A stretch of DNA of 64,000 nucleotides from Dehalococcoidia bacterium (GCA_963580875.1 CAUZMC010000002.1:6865-70864), one strand, 5' to 3'. Positions 26,385 through 36,050 are shown, counted from the first letter of the stretch. A program made the numbers and translations. The notes: generated by a model from the sequence alone, not told the origin.

Positions 26385-26453
26385 ATGTGTGAAAGTTGTG
26401 GATGCGACGCCGATAACAAACCCACTCCCATGCCACCATATCCCAAAGGTTAA
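26385..26453 (+). CDS. candidate 22-codon Cys-rich micro-ORF (MCESCGCDADNKPTPMPPYPKG)
   Basis: AAGGAGGG ends 7 nt before the ATG, which is ideal SD spacing. It is the only strong-SD ORF in the 465-bp gap between tRNA-Ala and the convergent CoA-transferase operon. A perfect 12-bp hairpin follows 78 nt downstream. Confidence 0.4.
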   Translation: MCESCGCDADNKPTPMPPYPKG

Positions 26454-26530
26454 GAATAACCTCTCATAATCCGGCAAGAACTTGTTTTAAAATGAGGAAC
26501 TGTCTGGTATTTATTAAATATCCAGAATGT

Positions 26531-26560
26531 GAACGCAGTGCATATAATTGCACTGCGTTC
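26531..26560. terminator. perfect 12-bp-stem hairpin between convergent transcription units
   Basis: GAACGCAGTGCA-TATAAT-TGCACTGCGTTC, followed on the plus strand by GTTTGTGTGG. It lies 40 nt beyond the stop of the minus-strand CoA-transferase gene. Confidence 0.55.
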
Positions 26561-26599
26561 GTTTGTGTGGGGTAGATATTGATTGAGTTACGTCTATGG

Positions 26600-27856
26600 T
26601 TAGAGTGCCAAATTTTCAGACAGAGCGGTCAGTTCTGCTTGAGACAAGCCAAACTCGTCACAGAAAATCTCTTGGTTGTGCTCTCCAAGAAGAGGAGCGC
26701 GCCGGGTGATTTGCCATGGTGATTCGCTCCAGATGGCAGAAGTGCCGGGGTAGGTGAATGTCTCGTTCAGTTCAGGGTTGTCCACCTGTACCCAGAAGCC
26801 GCGGTCGTTCAACTGGCCATCGTCCAGCAGTTCATCGTGTGTACGGACTGCTCCCCAGGAAAACCCTAGTTCCTGAGCGCCGCGATATACCTCATCCCGT
26901 GTCATGTTGTTAATAAACTTACGTACTGTCAGGCTAATGTGGTCGGCCTCTTGCTGTATCGCAGACGTATCTTTGTACTTCTCGTCCATAAGGTCATCTG
27001 CCATGCCGTATTTGTCCATCCATTCGGCCAGTGAGCGGAGTTGGCTGGCTGGCAGCCTCATGGCTATGAGTTGGATGTTGATGTATTTGCCGTCCTTACA
27101 TAGTGTCTGTGTTGGCGGGGTTGGGGCGATGCCAGCATGACGTCCTGTCTGACGAATCATCGTTTTTCCAGTATATATCCACGCTGACATGGCGCCCTCA
27201 GTTGTAAGGGCACATGATTCGTGAATCGACACGTCTATGTACTGCCCTAAGCCTGCGTTAGCGCGGTGGATTAGGGCAGCTGTAATGGCCATGCAGGCGT
27301 AGTGGCTGCCCATGTGCCATGCCTGCCCACCACCTGGCGCGATGGGTGGCGCGTCAGGTATGTCGTCGTACCCGCAAGAGCCCATTTGACCTCCTGCAGC
27401 CAAGTGCAGGAGGTCACTGGTCTCAAAATCACGCCATGGCCCCGTTTGCCCGAAGGGTGTCAGTGAACACAGAATAACGCTGGGGTTCAGTTTCTTCATA
27501 TCGTTATATCCGAGTCCCAGCGATGCAAGATACCCTGGCCGGAATGTTTCAAGCACAACGTCTGCCGTGGCTATCATGCGACGGAATAATGCTCTGCCGT
27601 CCTCTGTTTCTAGGTTTAGTGTCACACTTCGCTTTGATGTGTTGTAGTGCCAGAAGCTTAGGCTCCGTTCTGGGTTGTCAACGTCTTTATAAAATGGTCC
27701 TACAGTGCGGGCGTTCTCTCCGTCAGGTGGCTCTATCTTGATTACGTCCGCTCCAAGATCACCGAGCAATTTGCCGCACCATTGGCCCTTCTCGTCTGCA
27801 AGCTCCAGTACACGGATTCCGTTGAATGGGCCACTCGCCGTATTCTGTGTAGTCAT
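26600..27856 (-). CDS. family III CoA-transferase (CaiB/BaiF/Frc family), subunit or paralog B
   Basis: 418 aa. The N-terminal family signature is GIRVLELADEKGQWCGKLLGDLGADVIKIEPPDG. Its start overlaps the upstream paralog's stop (ATGA at 27853-27856). Confidence 0.88.
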   Translation of the reverse strand: MTTQNTASGPFNGIRVLELADEKGQWCGKLLGDLGADVIKIEPPDGENARTVGPFYKDVDNPERSLSFWHYNTSKRSVTLNLETEDGRALFRRMIATADVVLETFRPGYLASLGLGYNDMKKLNPSVILCSLTPFGQTGPWRDFETSDLLHLAAGGQMGSCGYDDIPDAPPIAPGGGQAWHMGSHYACMAITAALIHRANAGLGQYIDVSIHESCALTTEGAMSAWIYTGKTMIRQTGRHAGIAPTPPTQTLCKDGKYINIQLIAMRLPASQLRSLAEWMDKYGMADDLMDEKYKDTSAIQQEADHISLTVRKFINNMTRDEVYRGAQELGFSWGAVRTHDELLDDGQLNDRGFWVQVDNPELNETFTYPGTSAIWSESPWQITRRAPLLGEHNQEIFCDEFGLSQAELTALSENLAL

Positions 27857-29211
27857 CGTATTAGCTCCTCCTGGTAGGGATAGAGGTCCATATCCTTGGG
27901 CCAGAACGTATCGTCCTCGTATCCGGAGGACAATTCTTCTTGGCTCATTCCCAGAAGCCCCATCAAAATTTCACGGTTGTCCTGTCCGATAAGCGGCCCG
28001 TGGCGATGGTTAACAGCGGGTGTTTCAGAGAGTTTGAATGGGGCGTTTTGCAACCGCCAAGAACCAAGGACTGGGTGCTCAACTTCCTGATACATGCCAC
28101 GTTCACGTAATTGAGGGTCATGTTCAGCACGGTCTTCATTGCTCTGGACTGGCATTGCCCTTACACCATTCGTCTGACATTGTTCAGTAAGTTCATATTT
28201 CTCAAGGGTCAGTGACCAGGTCTCTATCCCATTGTCCAGTTCCTCTTGGTGCTCTAGCCTACCTTCGACTGTGTTGAATTTTACGTCTAGAGCCCAAGCA
28301 GGGCTTCCCATGAGGCCTACAAGATTGAGCCATTCTTGCTCTGAGAAGCAGGCGATGGTGCACCAGTCGTTGTAGCCGCCACCCTTTGTTCGATAACTAT
28401 TGTGAGGAGCTACCGTCTGCCCGCGGTAGTTACTCAGATGTGGTGTCCCCGGCCAGTGCGCACGGTTGCCAGAGGGGTAGCCATCACGCTGGGATTTGCG
28501 GCCATTTATGGTCATGTCTAACAGAGCAGGTCCGTTGAGTGTGGCTCCCATGATCATCTGCCCCATGTCAACGTGCTGACCCTGGCCTGTCATTTTACGG
28601 TGGAATATTGCGGCCATAGTGTAGAAAGCGATGTACATGCCGCCGGTATCGTCAAGGTAAGACCAGCCCCAGCCCGCTGGCGGTTGATTTGGCAGGCCGG
28701 AGGCAAATGTCATTCCTGAGAGGGCCTGGGCCGAAGGGCCGAACGTGGTGTAGTGCTTGTCCCTCCCAGTATGCCCAAACCCAGACATGGAAACGTAGAC
28801 TATATTTGGAGACAGTTTCTTGAGTTCCTCGTATCCCAGCCCCCAACTTTTCAGTACATTAGCGCTGTAGTTTTCCACAACAACGTCAGACTCAGAGATG
28901 AGTTTTTTGATGATCTCTATGCCGCGTGGGCTGCGAACATTCAGTGAAAGGCTCAACTTGTTGGCATTTGTATCGTTGAAGTGGCCAGATGTGTTGAGGC
29001 TCGGTTGAATGCCTGGAGGAGTGTTGGCCGGCCCTCCCGCTCTTCCGAATTCACGCAGAGGCCACTCTACTTTGATAACCTCTGCACCAAGCGCACCTAA
29101 CCATCGAGTGGCCCATGGTCCTGCCCGTACCCATGTGAAATCCACAACTCGAATTCCTGATAGGGCCTTGGGTACAGCACTCTCAGTTACCGGTGTCATA
29201 GTTTTCTCCAA
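27853..29211 (-). CDS. family III CoA-transferase (CaiB/BaiF/Frc family), subunit or paralog A
   Basis: 452 aa. The N-terminal signature is LSGIRVVDFTWVRAGPWATRWLGALGAEVIKVEWP. It is translationally coupled to the next CoA-transferase gene. Confidence 0.88.
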   Translation of the reverse strand: MEKTMTPVTESAVPKALSGIRVVDFTWVRAGPWATRWLGALGAEVIKVEWPLREFGRAGGPANTPPGIQPSLNTSGHFNDTNANKLSLSLNVRSPRGIEIIKKLISESDVVVENYSANVLKSWGLGYEELKKLSPNIVYVSMSGFGHTGRDKHYTTFGPSAQALSGMTFASGLPNQPPAGWGWSYLDDTGGMYIAFYTMAAIFHRKMTGQGQHVDMGQMIMGATLNGPALLDMTINGRKSQRDGYPSGNRAHWPGTPHLSNYRGQTVAPHNSYRTKGGGYNDWCTIACFSEQEWLNLVGLMGSPAWALDVKFNTVEGRLEHQEELDNGIETWSLTLEKYELTEQCQTNGVRAMPVQSNEDRAEHDPQLRERGMYQEVEHPVLGSWRLQNAPFKLSETPAVNHRHGPLIGQDNREILMGLLGMSQEELSSGYEDDTFWPKDMDLYPYQEELIR

Positions 29212-29320
29212 TCTGGCTTAGAATAACAAAGTTCATGAAACAGATAACACGGACTGGTTTTCTTGATCAGGTCGTGCGAATACTCAAGGTTGAGCAATAG
29301 AGTGTCCGCACGTCATACAT

Positions 29321-30643
29321 TTAGTCTGGAGTTGCGCTCCACACTGTGAAGTTGCCACCCATTGGCATGGGACCTCCGGAGATACCTATCTCAGGTTTCA
29401 CACCTGTTACTGCTCTTGCACCAGCGCGTCCTTGTAACTGTTGAATGCAGTCTGTGTGCATCCAGAAACGGCTACGGCCACTGCCGACGTTGCCGCCGCT
29501 GGGAGAGATAGGATTCGGGCCTTCAGGGCTGATATCCGTCTGGTAAAAGTCTAACGCTTCGCCGAACTTGATGCCGCGGAATCCTAGGCCCTCTAGGTGG
29601 AATTGGTGGAATAGGGCAAAGCCATCATACATATTTTCAAATGAGAGGTCGTTTACGGTTATCCCTGCACCTTCAAACAGCTTCCTTCCTGTACTGGCCG
29701 TCTCATCCTGTATCTCATCCAGGGTTGGGGTGAGACTTCTAGCCCTGCCTCTGCTGGACGCATGGTTGAGGATGTAGACTGGCTTCTGCTTCATGTCTTT
29801 GGCAAGTTCAGCGGTCGTGAAGAGGTAGGCTCCGGCAACCATTATTGGTATGTCGTTGTCGTAGAGATTTGCAGGCTTGGCAACCCATCTGGCGCTTACG
29901 TAGTCCTCACGTGTCATTTCTTCAGGACGATGCTGGTACCAGAATCCCTCAGGAAAATTGAGGCCGTTCTTTTTCCATTGGATCATCGCTGGTGCCATCA
30001 TGTCGTGGGTTTTGCCATACCTGCGGCAGTACTCAGCAAATTGAAGGGCCGTTCCGTATGACGCTGGGGTGCCCCAGAGGCCAGAGATTGCTCTAGTACC
30101 AGGGATGGAATCCTGAGAGTTCTCTCCTCCCTGGTAGTACCGACCTGAATAATTGTGCCACCCTTTCAGCACTAAACAATTGCTTGTAAGGCCGTCGCCA
30201 ACAGCCTGTGCGGCAACGACGACGGCATTCGACATACACCCAGGACCGTACATTGTGAACTTGACGTTCTTCAGTTCCGGCATGTTCTTGATTATCCATT
30301 CGGCACTCAACTTCGCGATACCATCCAAGGGGTCATCTGTGGGATTGAAGTGATTGACGACGTCTTGTGGTATTGGATCGCCAGCCGGCCAAGGGGCTCC
30401 GGTTGTGGTCGTTGAGTCCATAACAAGGCCGTCGATCTTGTCAGGAGAGACTCCGGCGTCCTCTATGGCCTTGCGGAGAGCGTCGATAGCTAAAGCGCCG
30501 ACGGAGGTCTCAGCTTTGCCGTCCCATCGCCTAGCTGTCGGTGAGTGTCCCACGCCAACCGCTGCTACCTTGCCTCGGTGTTCCCAAATACCCAATTCTT
30601 CTCTGGCCCTGTATATGGAATCTGGAGCGTTCTGTGTTGTCAT
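29321..30643 (-). CDS. thiolase-like protein (SCP-x / lipid-transfer-protein-type thiolase superfamily)
   Basis: 440 aa. Thiolase-fold blocks are present (IDGLV.., GPGCMSNAVVVAAQAV as the candidate nucleophile-Cys loop, C-terminal G..GSG...W...D.IQQLQGRAG.R.V). It is paired with an upstream DUF35 gene, as is typical for this subfamily. Confidence 0.8.
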   Translation of the reverse strand: MTTQNAPDSIYRAREELGIWEHRGKVAAVGVGHSPTARRWDGKAETSVGALAIDALRKAIEDAGVSPDKIDGLVMDSTTTTGAPWPAGDPIPQDVVNHFNPTDDPLDGIAKLSAEWIIKNMPELKNVKFTMYGPGCMSNAVVVAAQAVGDGLTSNCLVLKGWHNYSGRYYQGGENSQDSIPGTRAISGLWGTPASYGTALQFAEYCRRYGKTHDMMAPAMIQWKKNGLNFPEGFWYQHRPEEMTREDYVSARWVAKPANLYDNDIPIMVAGAYLFTTAELAKDMKQKPVYILNHASSRGRARSLTPTLDEIQDETASTGRKLFEGAGITVNDLSFENMYDGFALFHQFHLEGLGFRGIKFGEALDFYQTDISPEGPNPISPSGGNVGSGRSRFWMHTDCIQQLQGRAGARAVTGVKPEIGISGGPMPMGGNFTVWSATPD

Positions 30644-30693
30644 TGTTCACGCCTTTCTGTGAGCTTCTGTCACACCCGTAAACATATATGAGG

Positions 30694-31134
30694 TTAGCCT
30701 GTGACTCTCCATTCGGGGACTTTTTGGCCGCTTGGAGTAGACTCAAATATTACCTCTACTGTGGCTCCAATGGGGACATTGTCCACCGGGGTTCCTGGAA
30801 GGTGGGAATACATTTGTATGCCCTGATCTTCATCCAACATGACCACTGCCACGTTGAAGGGCTGATCATCTTGGAGTAGTCTGATTGGGCAGTCGTAAAC
30901 CACTCCGTAGTTGTATATCTTGCCACGCCCACTCATCTGCTTCCATTCCAGGTTGTTTCCTGAGTTGCATTTGTCACATGCTTGCCGTGGTGGATGTATT
31001 AGCCTATTGCAGGCGGTGCAGTTCTGGATGACTAAGCGTTCCTCGTTAGCGGCGTTCCAAAAGTACTTAGTCAACTCATCGGGTACTGGAGATTGTTTAG
31101 GCAAATTTCGCCTCCATTCCAGATTTGTAATCAC
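30694..31134 (-). CDS. DUF35 protein (rubredoxin-like Zn ribbon plus OB-fold, acyl-CoA-associated)
   Basis: 146 aa. A four-Cys ribbon is CTACNRLIHPPRQACDKCNS, followed by an OB-fold block (GRGKIYNYGVVY...FNVAVVMLDE..GIQMYSHL). Confidence 0.82.
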   Translation of the reverse strand: MITNLEWRRNLPKQSPVPDELTKYFWNAANEERLVIQNCTACNRLIHPPRQACDKCNSGNNLEWKQMSGRGKIYNYGVVYDCPIRLLQDDQPFNVAVVMLDEDQGIQMYSHLPGTPVDNVPIGATVEVIFESTPSGQKVPEWRVTG

Positions 31135-31325
31135 CGGGAGAATAATTTAAAGCGGAAAGATAGTCAAGTCGTACTTCGTCAGTGTACTGTGCATGTCCAG
31201 TAGTGTTGTTATCTATGAGTGCGATGTGTGGCTGTGTTGTGAAATCATACACGCTAAATTGAGACGAATTCCTGCATTACCAATAGAGCATTGGAACAGT
31301 TTTTTAAGAGAGGGCAATAAAGCCC

Positions 31326-32573
31326 CTATAATTTCCTGATTTTAGGGAAGAAGGCGAACGCTCCTACTGAAAGAATAATGAGGCCAGTAGCATGTGCCAG
31401 CAGCGCCATACTGACACCGAAGGCAGAGGCCAACGCCCCTATTTGGAGATGGCCCACAGGGCCAAGGCCAACAGCTAGTACCCAAGAGCCCATTGCACGG
31501 CCACGTAATTCATCAGGCACCACGGTCTGGACCAGACTTTGAGATAGAATATCAGATAATGCTCCCATTCCATTTATGACTATTATGGCCAGAATGGCAA
31601 AGTAGAAGGTATTTGCTATGCCAAGGAATAGTAGTGATATGCCGAAAATATGTAATGCCACCAAATACAACAGTCCCTTTCGACGCACCTCTCCAAGAGA
31701 TGACAGTGCCAGTATGGCTACAATACCGCCTACGGAACGCAAGGCGTTCATAAGACCAAGGCCTTCAGCACCAACTTCAAGTACGTCCCTGGCTAAGACT
31801 GGTAGGAGTACTTGGTGAGAGAAGCCAAGTATCTCCACTGATGAGGACAATATTAGCAGTATCCGTAAGGTTTCGTTTTGCCGTATCTCCTTACCAAGCT
31901 CCTTCAGGTTCTGCCAGAGCGGCTGTTGGGCGCTTGATGTAGATTGACCGTGAGAGTGAGTGAAGTTGATAGCCGTTGCTGACCCTATGTAGCTGGCAGT
32001 CAGGACCGCATAAGCCACATCTGCCCCAAAACGTCCTAGCAGGAAGCCTACTGCCAAGGAACCACAAATGCCTCCAACTCTCATGCCCAAAGAGAGATAT
32101 GATAGGCTATTAACAAGGTTGTTTGCCCCAACTATATCGTAGGCAAAGCTCTGTCGTGCAGGCTGGTGCATGGCTCTAAGGCATCCGCCTGCAAAAGTAA
32201 TCAGCATCAGATGCCATAGAGCCATTATGTCCAGCATGATGATTAGACCGATGGCGACGCTGAGAGCAGCCATGCTGATGCTGACCAAACGAAGGAGTTT
32301 GCGACGGTCTACCCTATCGGCTACGGCTCCCGCAATCACCCCCAGTAGGAGAAAAGGAACCATTCTCAGTGCAAGAGTCGCACCGACCATCAGTGTTGAG
32401 TCTGTCAGTTCCAGTACCAGCCATCCAAGGACAACCTGCTCACCTATGAAACCAGTTGAGTTGAATATTCCAGCTATCCATAGGAGGCGAAAGTCTCGGA
32501 AACGCATTGCAGGGGTTGCAAGGAGATTGCGGAGCAGGGAGCGACTTTGGAGATTCAATTCATTTTCTGGCAA
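31326..32573 (-). CDS. MFS transporter, paralog 3 of 3 (MFS_3 / EntS-like type)
   Basis: 415 aa with about 12 hydrophobic helices. N-terminal family pattern is FRDFRLLWIAGIFNSTGFIGEQVVLGWLVLELTDS and the loop motif is AGAVADRVDRRK. Confidence 0.85.
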   Translation of the reverse strand: MPENELNLQSRSLLRNLLATPAMRFRDFRLLWIAGIFNSTGFIGEQVVLGWLVLELTDSTLMVGATLALRMVPFLLLGVIAGAVADRVDRRKLLRLVSISMAALSVAIGLIIMLDIMALWHLMLITFAGGCLRAMHQPARQSFAYDIVGANNLVNSLSYLSLGMRVGGICGSLAVGFLLGRFGADVAYAVLTASYIGSATAINFTHSHGQSTSSAQQPLWQNLKELGKEIRQNETLRILLILSSSVEILGFSHQVLLPVLARDVLEVGAEGLGLMNALRSVGGIVAILALSSLGEVRRKGLLYLVALHIFGISLLFLGIANTFYFAILAIIVINGMGALSDILSQSLVQTVVPDELRGRAMGSWVLAVGLGPVGHLQIGALASAFGVSMALLAHATGLIILSVGAFAFFPKIRKL

Positions 32574-32716
32574 TTGTGCTCTTTCCTATATACATCGCAT
32601 GTGCAGACCAGCATCTACAGCGAATCGTATCCCAGTATCCAGCGATTGTAGAGGAATGTGGCATTGGTTAAAGCGAAGCCCTAGCCAATGCCGTGGGAAA
32701 CGTTATACTTGGAGTT

Positions 32717-34033
32717 CTACTCGATACGACGTAAAGCCGGATAGAAGAGGTACATGATTGCAGCGATTACGACTAGGCCAATGCCGAATAGTATTTGCGC
32801 CACCTGTACACCCAACGCGGCAGCGGCCATTCCAGCGACGAATCCACCGAAGGCGGTCATGGCTCTATCCAGGCTGAGAACACCCATCATACGACCCCGC
32901 ATGTTATCCGGTGCCGCCTGAATGATGACTGTATTGATAATTGGCATGAAGATAGACTGCCCAGCTCCTATTGCAATTATTAGAACAACCGCCAACGTGA
33001 GTGAGTTGAGATAAGTGCCAACTGAGAAGCATATAAGAAGGATTCCAAAAATTGCCATCATAGCTAGTGCTAAGATGCCACGTTTTTTGGTTGGATTCAA
33101 AGTAGCCAAGGTCAGGCCTCCCACGAGACTTCCTATCCCCATAACGGAGATAAGTAAGCCGAAACCTGTTGCCCCTATGTCTAGGACACGAGTCGCGAAG
33201 AGAGGAGCAAAGACCTGCATGAAAGCCATTCCGAATGTGAAGTAGCCAAGTGATATTATCAGTACTCCTCGAATTGCGGGAGCGTTCCAGGCGTATTTGA
33301 ATCCCTGACCCAAGTCGACACCCATATTACGGATTCCCTGATAGCCGGATCGCTTGTGGTCAGGTACTTGAAGCATCACCGTGACTATAACAGCGATTAT
33401 GTAGACTGGGACGATAAATAGGAATGGCGCCGCCAGACCAAAGACTCCCATGAGGATTCCGGCTAAAGATGCTCCAACGATGCGCATTGCGCCCATGGTT
33501 GTGGTGCTGAGAGCCATTGCATTGGTTACTAGATGGGGTGGCACTAACGCTGGAATCATTGCTCTGCGGGCAGGCTGATCGAAGGCCATAAACCCTCCCC
33601 TGAGGAAACTGAAAGCGTAGATGTGCCATATTTCTATCAAGTTAGTTACGACTAGCAAGGCAAAGATAGTATTCAGTCCCAGGACTAGGAATTTGACCAC
33701 GACAAGCACCGTACGTCGATTGAAATTATCCGCTACTACACCTGCTATCATGCCTAGGAACAGTCCTGGTATAGTTCTGACCAGTATGACTGCTCCTAGA
33801 TGAACGGCAGAATCTGTCAAGGCTAAAATTAGAAGAGGACGGGCCGTCTGCTCTAGCCACAGAGCAAAGGCGTGTGTCATCTGTCCTATCCAGAGAAGTG
33901 TAAAGTTCCTGTATCTCAGAGAAGCGAAAGTATTCTTTATTGAAACGCGGTGTTCGTTGCCTTGCCCGTGCTCCATGTTTTCTTGTGGTTTTCGTTCCAT
34001 GTTTTTTATAAATCTACTTGGATTTAGGTTCAC
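32717..34033 (-). CDS. MFS transporter, paralog 2 of 3 (MFS_3 / EntS-like type)
   Basis: 438 aa. Pattern YRNFTLLWIGQMTHAFALWLEQTARPLLILALTDS and the loop AGVVADNFNRRT are present. It lies 9 nt downstream of paralog 1. Confidence 0.85.
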   Translation of the reverse strand: MNLNPSRFIKNMERKPQENMEHGQGNEHRVSIKNTFASLRYRNFTLLWIGQMTHAFALWLEQTARPLLILALTDSAVHLGAVILVRTIPGLFLGMIAGVVADNFNRRTVLVVVKFLVLGLNTIFALLVVTNLIEIWHIYAFSFLRGGFMAFDQPARRAMIPALVPPHLVTNAMALSTTTMGAMRIVGASLAGILMGVFGLAAPFLFIVPVYIIAVIVTVMLQVPDHKRSGYQGIRNMGVDLGQGFKYAWNAPAIRGVLIISLGYFTFGMAFMQVFAPLFATRVLDIGATGFGLLISVMGIGSLVGGLTLATLNPTKKRGILALAMMAIFGILLICFSVGTYLNSLTLAVVLIIAIGAGQSIFMPIINTVIIQAAPDNMRGRMMGVLSLDRAMTAFGGFVAGMAAAALGVQVAQILFGIGLVVIAAIMYLFYPALRRIE

Positions 34034-34042
34034 AGATAGTAA

Positions 34043-35419
34043 TTAATCCAGCCTCCTCATTCTAGGCATAAAGACCAGCATGAAGATAGAGAAGACTATA
34101 AGAATGATGGCCAGTCCGCCTACGGCCCATTGCACTCCGATTATGTCCGTTAGTACGCCGGCGGCAAATACCGCAAAGCTGGTCAGACCGAACTCCATCA
34201 TCATGAGACTTGAGACTCTGCCACGGTATTCGTCATCTACGTAGTATTGCAACAGGGTATTACCAAGCGTCATTCGAGCCGTCTGACCGATTCCGACGAA
34301 GAAGATGAATCCCATGGCCATTGGCCAGGCAATATTACTAGGAAACCATGAACTGGAGAAGAACAGTCCCACTAGGGCAATGCCGAGGATTAGGCTTCCC
34401 ACTATGAACATAAGGCCGCGTTTCTTGTCTGGTAATGAGGCTAGGAAGATGGCCCCGAGCATAGCACCCAGCCCAGATGTGCTAAGCAACAGTCCGAATC
34501 CTCTTGAGTCAACCTTGAGAATATCCTCTGTCAGCGCGGGAAGTAGCATCATGTATGGCATGGAGAGGAGGGTCACCACGAATGTAACAAGTAGGACAGT
34601 GATTAGAATTGGCTGATTTCTGACATACTTGAGCCCGTCGATAGCGTCCCTCATGGCACCGCGCCCGCTCAGGCTTATGGTTCCTGTTTCTGGCATCAAG
34701 GAGATGAAGACGACGGCCATAACGTACATGCCTGTCATGACGAAGTAGACAGCTTCGAAGCCAAACAGGTAGATGATGAACCCCACGGGTATCGGAGCCA
34801 GAAGTCGCATTGCACTCATCCCGAAAGTGTTGAGGGCTACGGCGTTCATAAGTTGGTCCTGTTCCACGATCTCGGCGATCATGGCCTGGCGGGATGGCAT
34901 CATAAGACCCATTATGGTCCCTTGGATCAGGGCGGCTACTACTAGGATAATCCAGGAGCCTGAACGCTCCTCGCTCAAAAGCCCGAATACCAAGATAAGG
35001 CCAATGCCCAGAGAAACAAGGGCAGATCCCGCCTGACCTGCCCAGAGTATGTATTTCTTTTGAATCCTGTCTGCCATGACGCCACCGTAGAGAGAGAAGA
35101 AGAGCATTGGCAAAGCGTTCCCCAGCGCCATGACGCCAAGGGCCGTGCCGGACCCGGTCAATTCAAATACCAACAGGGATCTGGCAATCATCTGCATGTT
35201 CATGGCGGCCATCTGACCTATCATGGCACCGTAGTAGAGTCTGAACACGGGGTTTTTTAGAGATGTGAATGTCCTCAGGTTACGTAAGGATATGGAATGT
35301 CCGCCGCCACGGCCGCCCATTCTCATTTGCCTAGTGACGTTGTTAGATGCGTTTTCAGACTTAGCATTGTCGTTTGCTTCTGTCTCTTTAATATTTTGGT
35401 CTTGAATTGGTTGACGCAC
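34043..35419 (-). CDS. MFS transporter, paralog 1 of 3 (MFS_3 / EntS-like type)
   Basis: 458 aa. Pattern NPVFRLYYGAMIGQMAAMNMQMIARSLLVFELTGS and the loop GGVMADRIQKK are present. A polar N-terminal extension of about 45 aa precedes these. Confidence 0.85.
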   Translation of the reverse strand: MRQPIQDQNIKETEANDNAKSENASNNVTRQMRMGGRGGGHSISLRNLRTFTSLKNPVFRLYYGAMIGQMAAMNMQMIARSLLVFELTGSGTALGVMALGNALPMLFFSLYGGVMADRIQKKYILWAGQAGSALVSLGIGLILVFGLLSEERSGSWIILVVAALIQGTIMGLMMPSRQAMIAEIVEQDQLMNAVALNTFGMSAMRLLAPIPVGFIIYLFGFEAVYFVMTGMYVMAVVFISLMPETGTISLSGRGAMRDAIDGLKYVRNQPILITVLLVTFVVTLLSMPYMMLLPALTEDILKVDSRGFGLLLSTSGLGAMLGAIFLASLPDKKRGLMFIVGSLILGIALVGLFFSSSWFPSNIAWPMAMGFIFFVGIGQTARMTLGNTLLQYYVDDEYRGRVSSLMMMEFGLTSFAVFAAGVLTDIIGVQWAVGGLAIILIVFSIFMLVFMPRMRRLD

Positions 35420-35513
35420 TAGTTACTCCTAGCATTGATATATAGCTCGTATATTTTAAACAGCGTATTTATAATGATTGGTTTTGTAATCTGCAGTCAG
35501 CGACTAAAGGAGC

Positions 35514-36047
35514 TTACTTCATAGATTTGATTCCGTGTTCCGCTTTGTGAGTGGCGCTGAGAACCAATTGCATGGCTTCACTCACTTTTCCCAGTTCAAG
35601 CTGAGACAGTGCGGCTAGTCGATCCTCCCACCGTGAGCGCCGCGCCGCAATGAGTCCATTCCCCAGCACATTTCCATGATTCGTTAGGCTGCACAGCACA
35701 GAGCGGCGGTCATCCGGATCCGTCCAGCGATTCACGAGTTCCTTTTCCACCAATCGGTCTACTAGGCCTGTTGCCCTTGACATGGAAATATCCAGATTAG
35801 AGGCCACATCACTCATACGCAGTGATGTCTCTTGAAGCAGAAGGAAGACCACCCTGACCTGCGGCATACTTAAATCCAGAGTGAACCACTCTGGAGACAC
35901 CACGCGTGGTAGAGAGTGGGTCACTTCATCCAGGATATTTACGACTTGGGTCAGCAGATAGCCCCTGGATTGTTGAGCGTCAGGCGAGGCCGATTTAGAT
36001 TTTTGCAACATTTCATAATACCTGTATATTTCAAATAACTGTAACAA
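35514..36047 (-). CDS. MarR-family transcriptional regulator
   Basis: Winged-HTH pattern LSMPQVRVVFLLLQETSLRMSDVASNLDISMSRATGLVDRLVEKELVNRWTDPDDRRSVLCSLTNHG. The start is uncertain (TTG at 36047 or ATG at 36011). Confidence 0.85.
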   Translation of the reverse strand: MLQLFEIYRYYEMLQKSKSASPDAQQSRGYLLTQVVNILDEVTHSLPRVVSPEWFTLDLSMPQVRVVFLLLQETSLRMSDVASNLDISMSRATGLVDRLVEKELVNRWTDPDDRRSVLCSLTNHGNVLGNGLIAARRSRWEDRLAALSQLELGKVSEAMQLVLSATHKAEHGIKSMK

Positions 36048-36050
36048 TTA

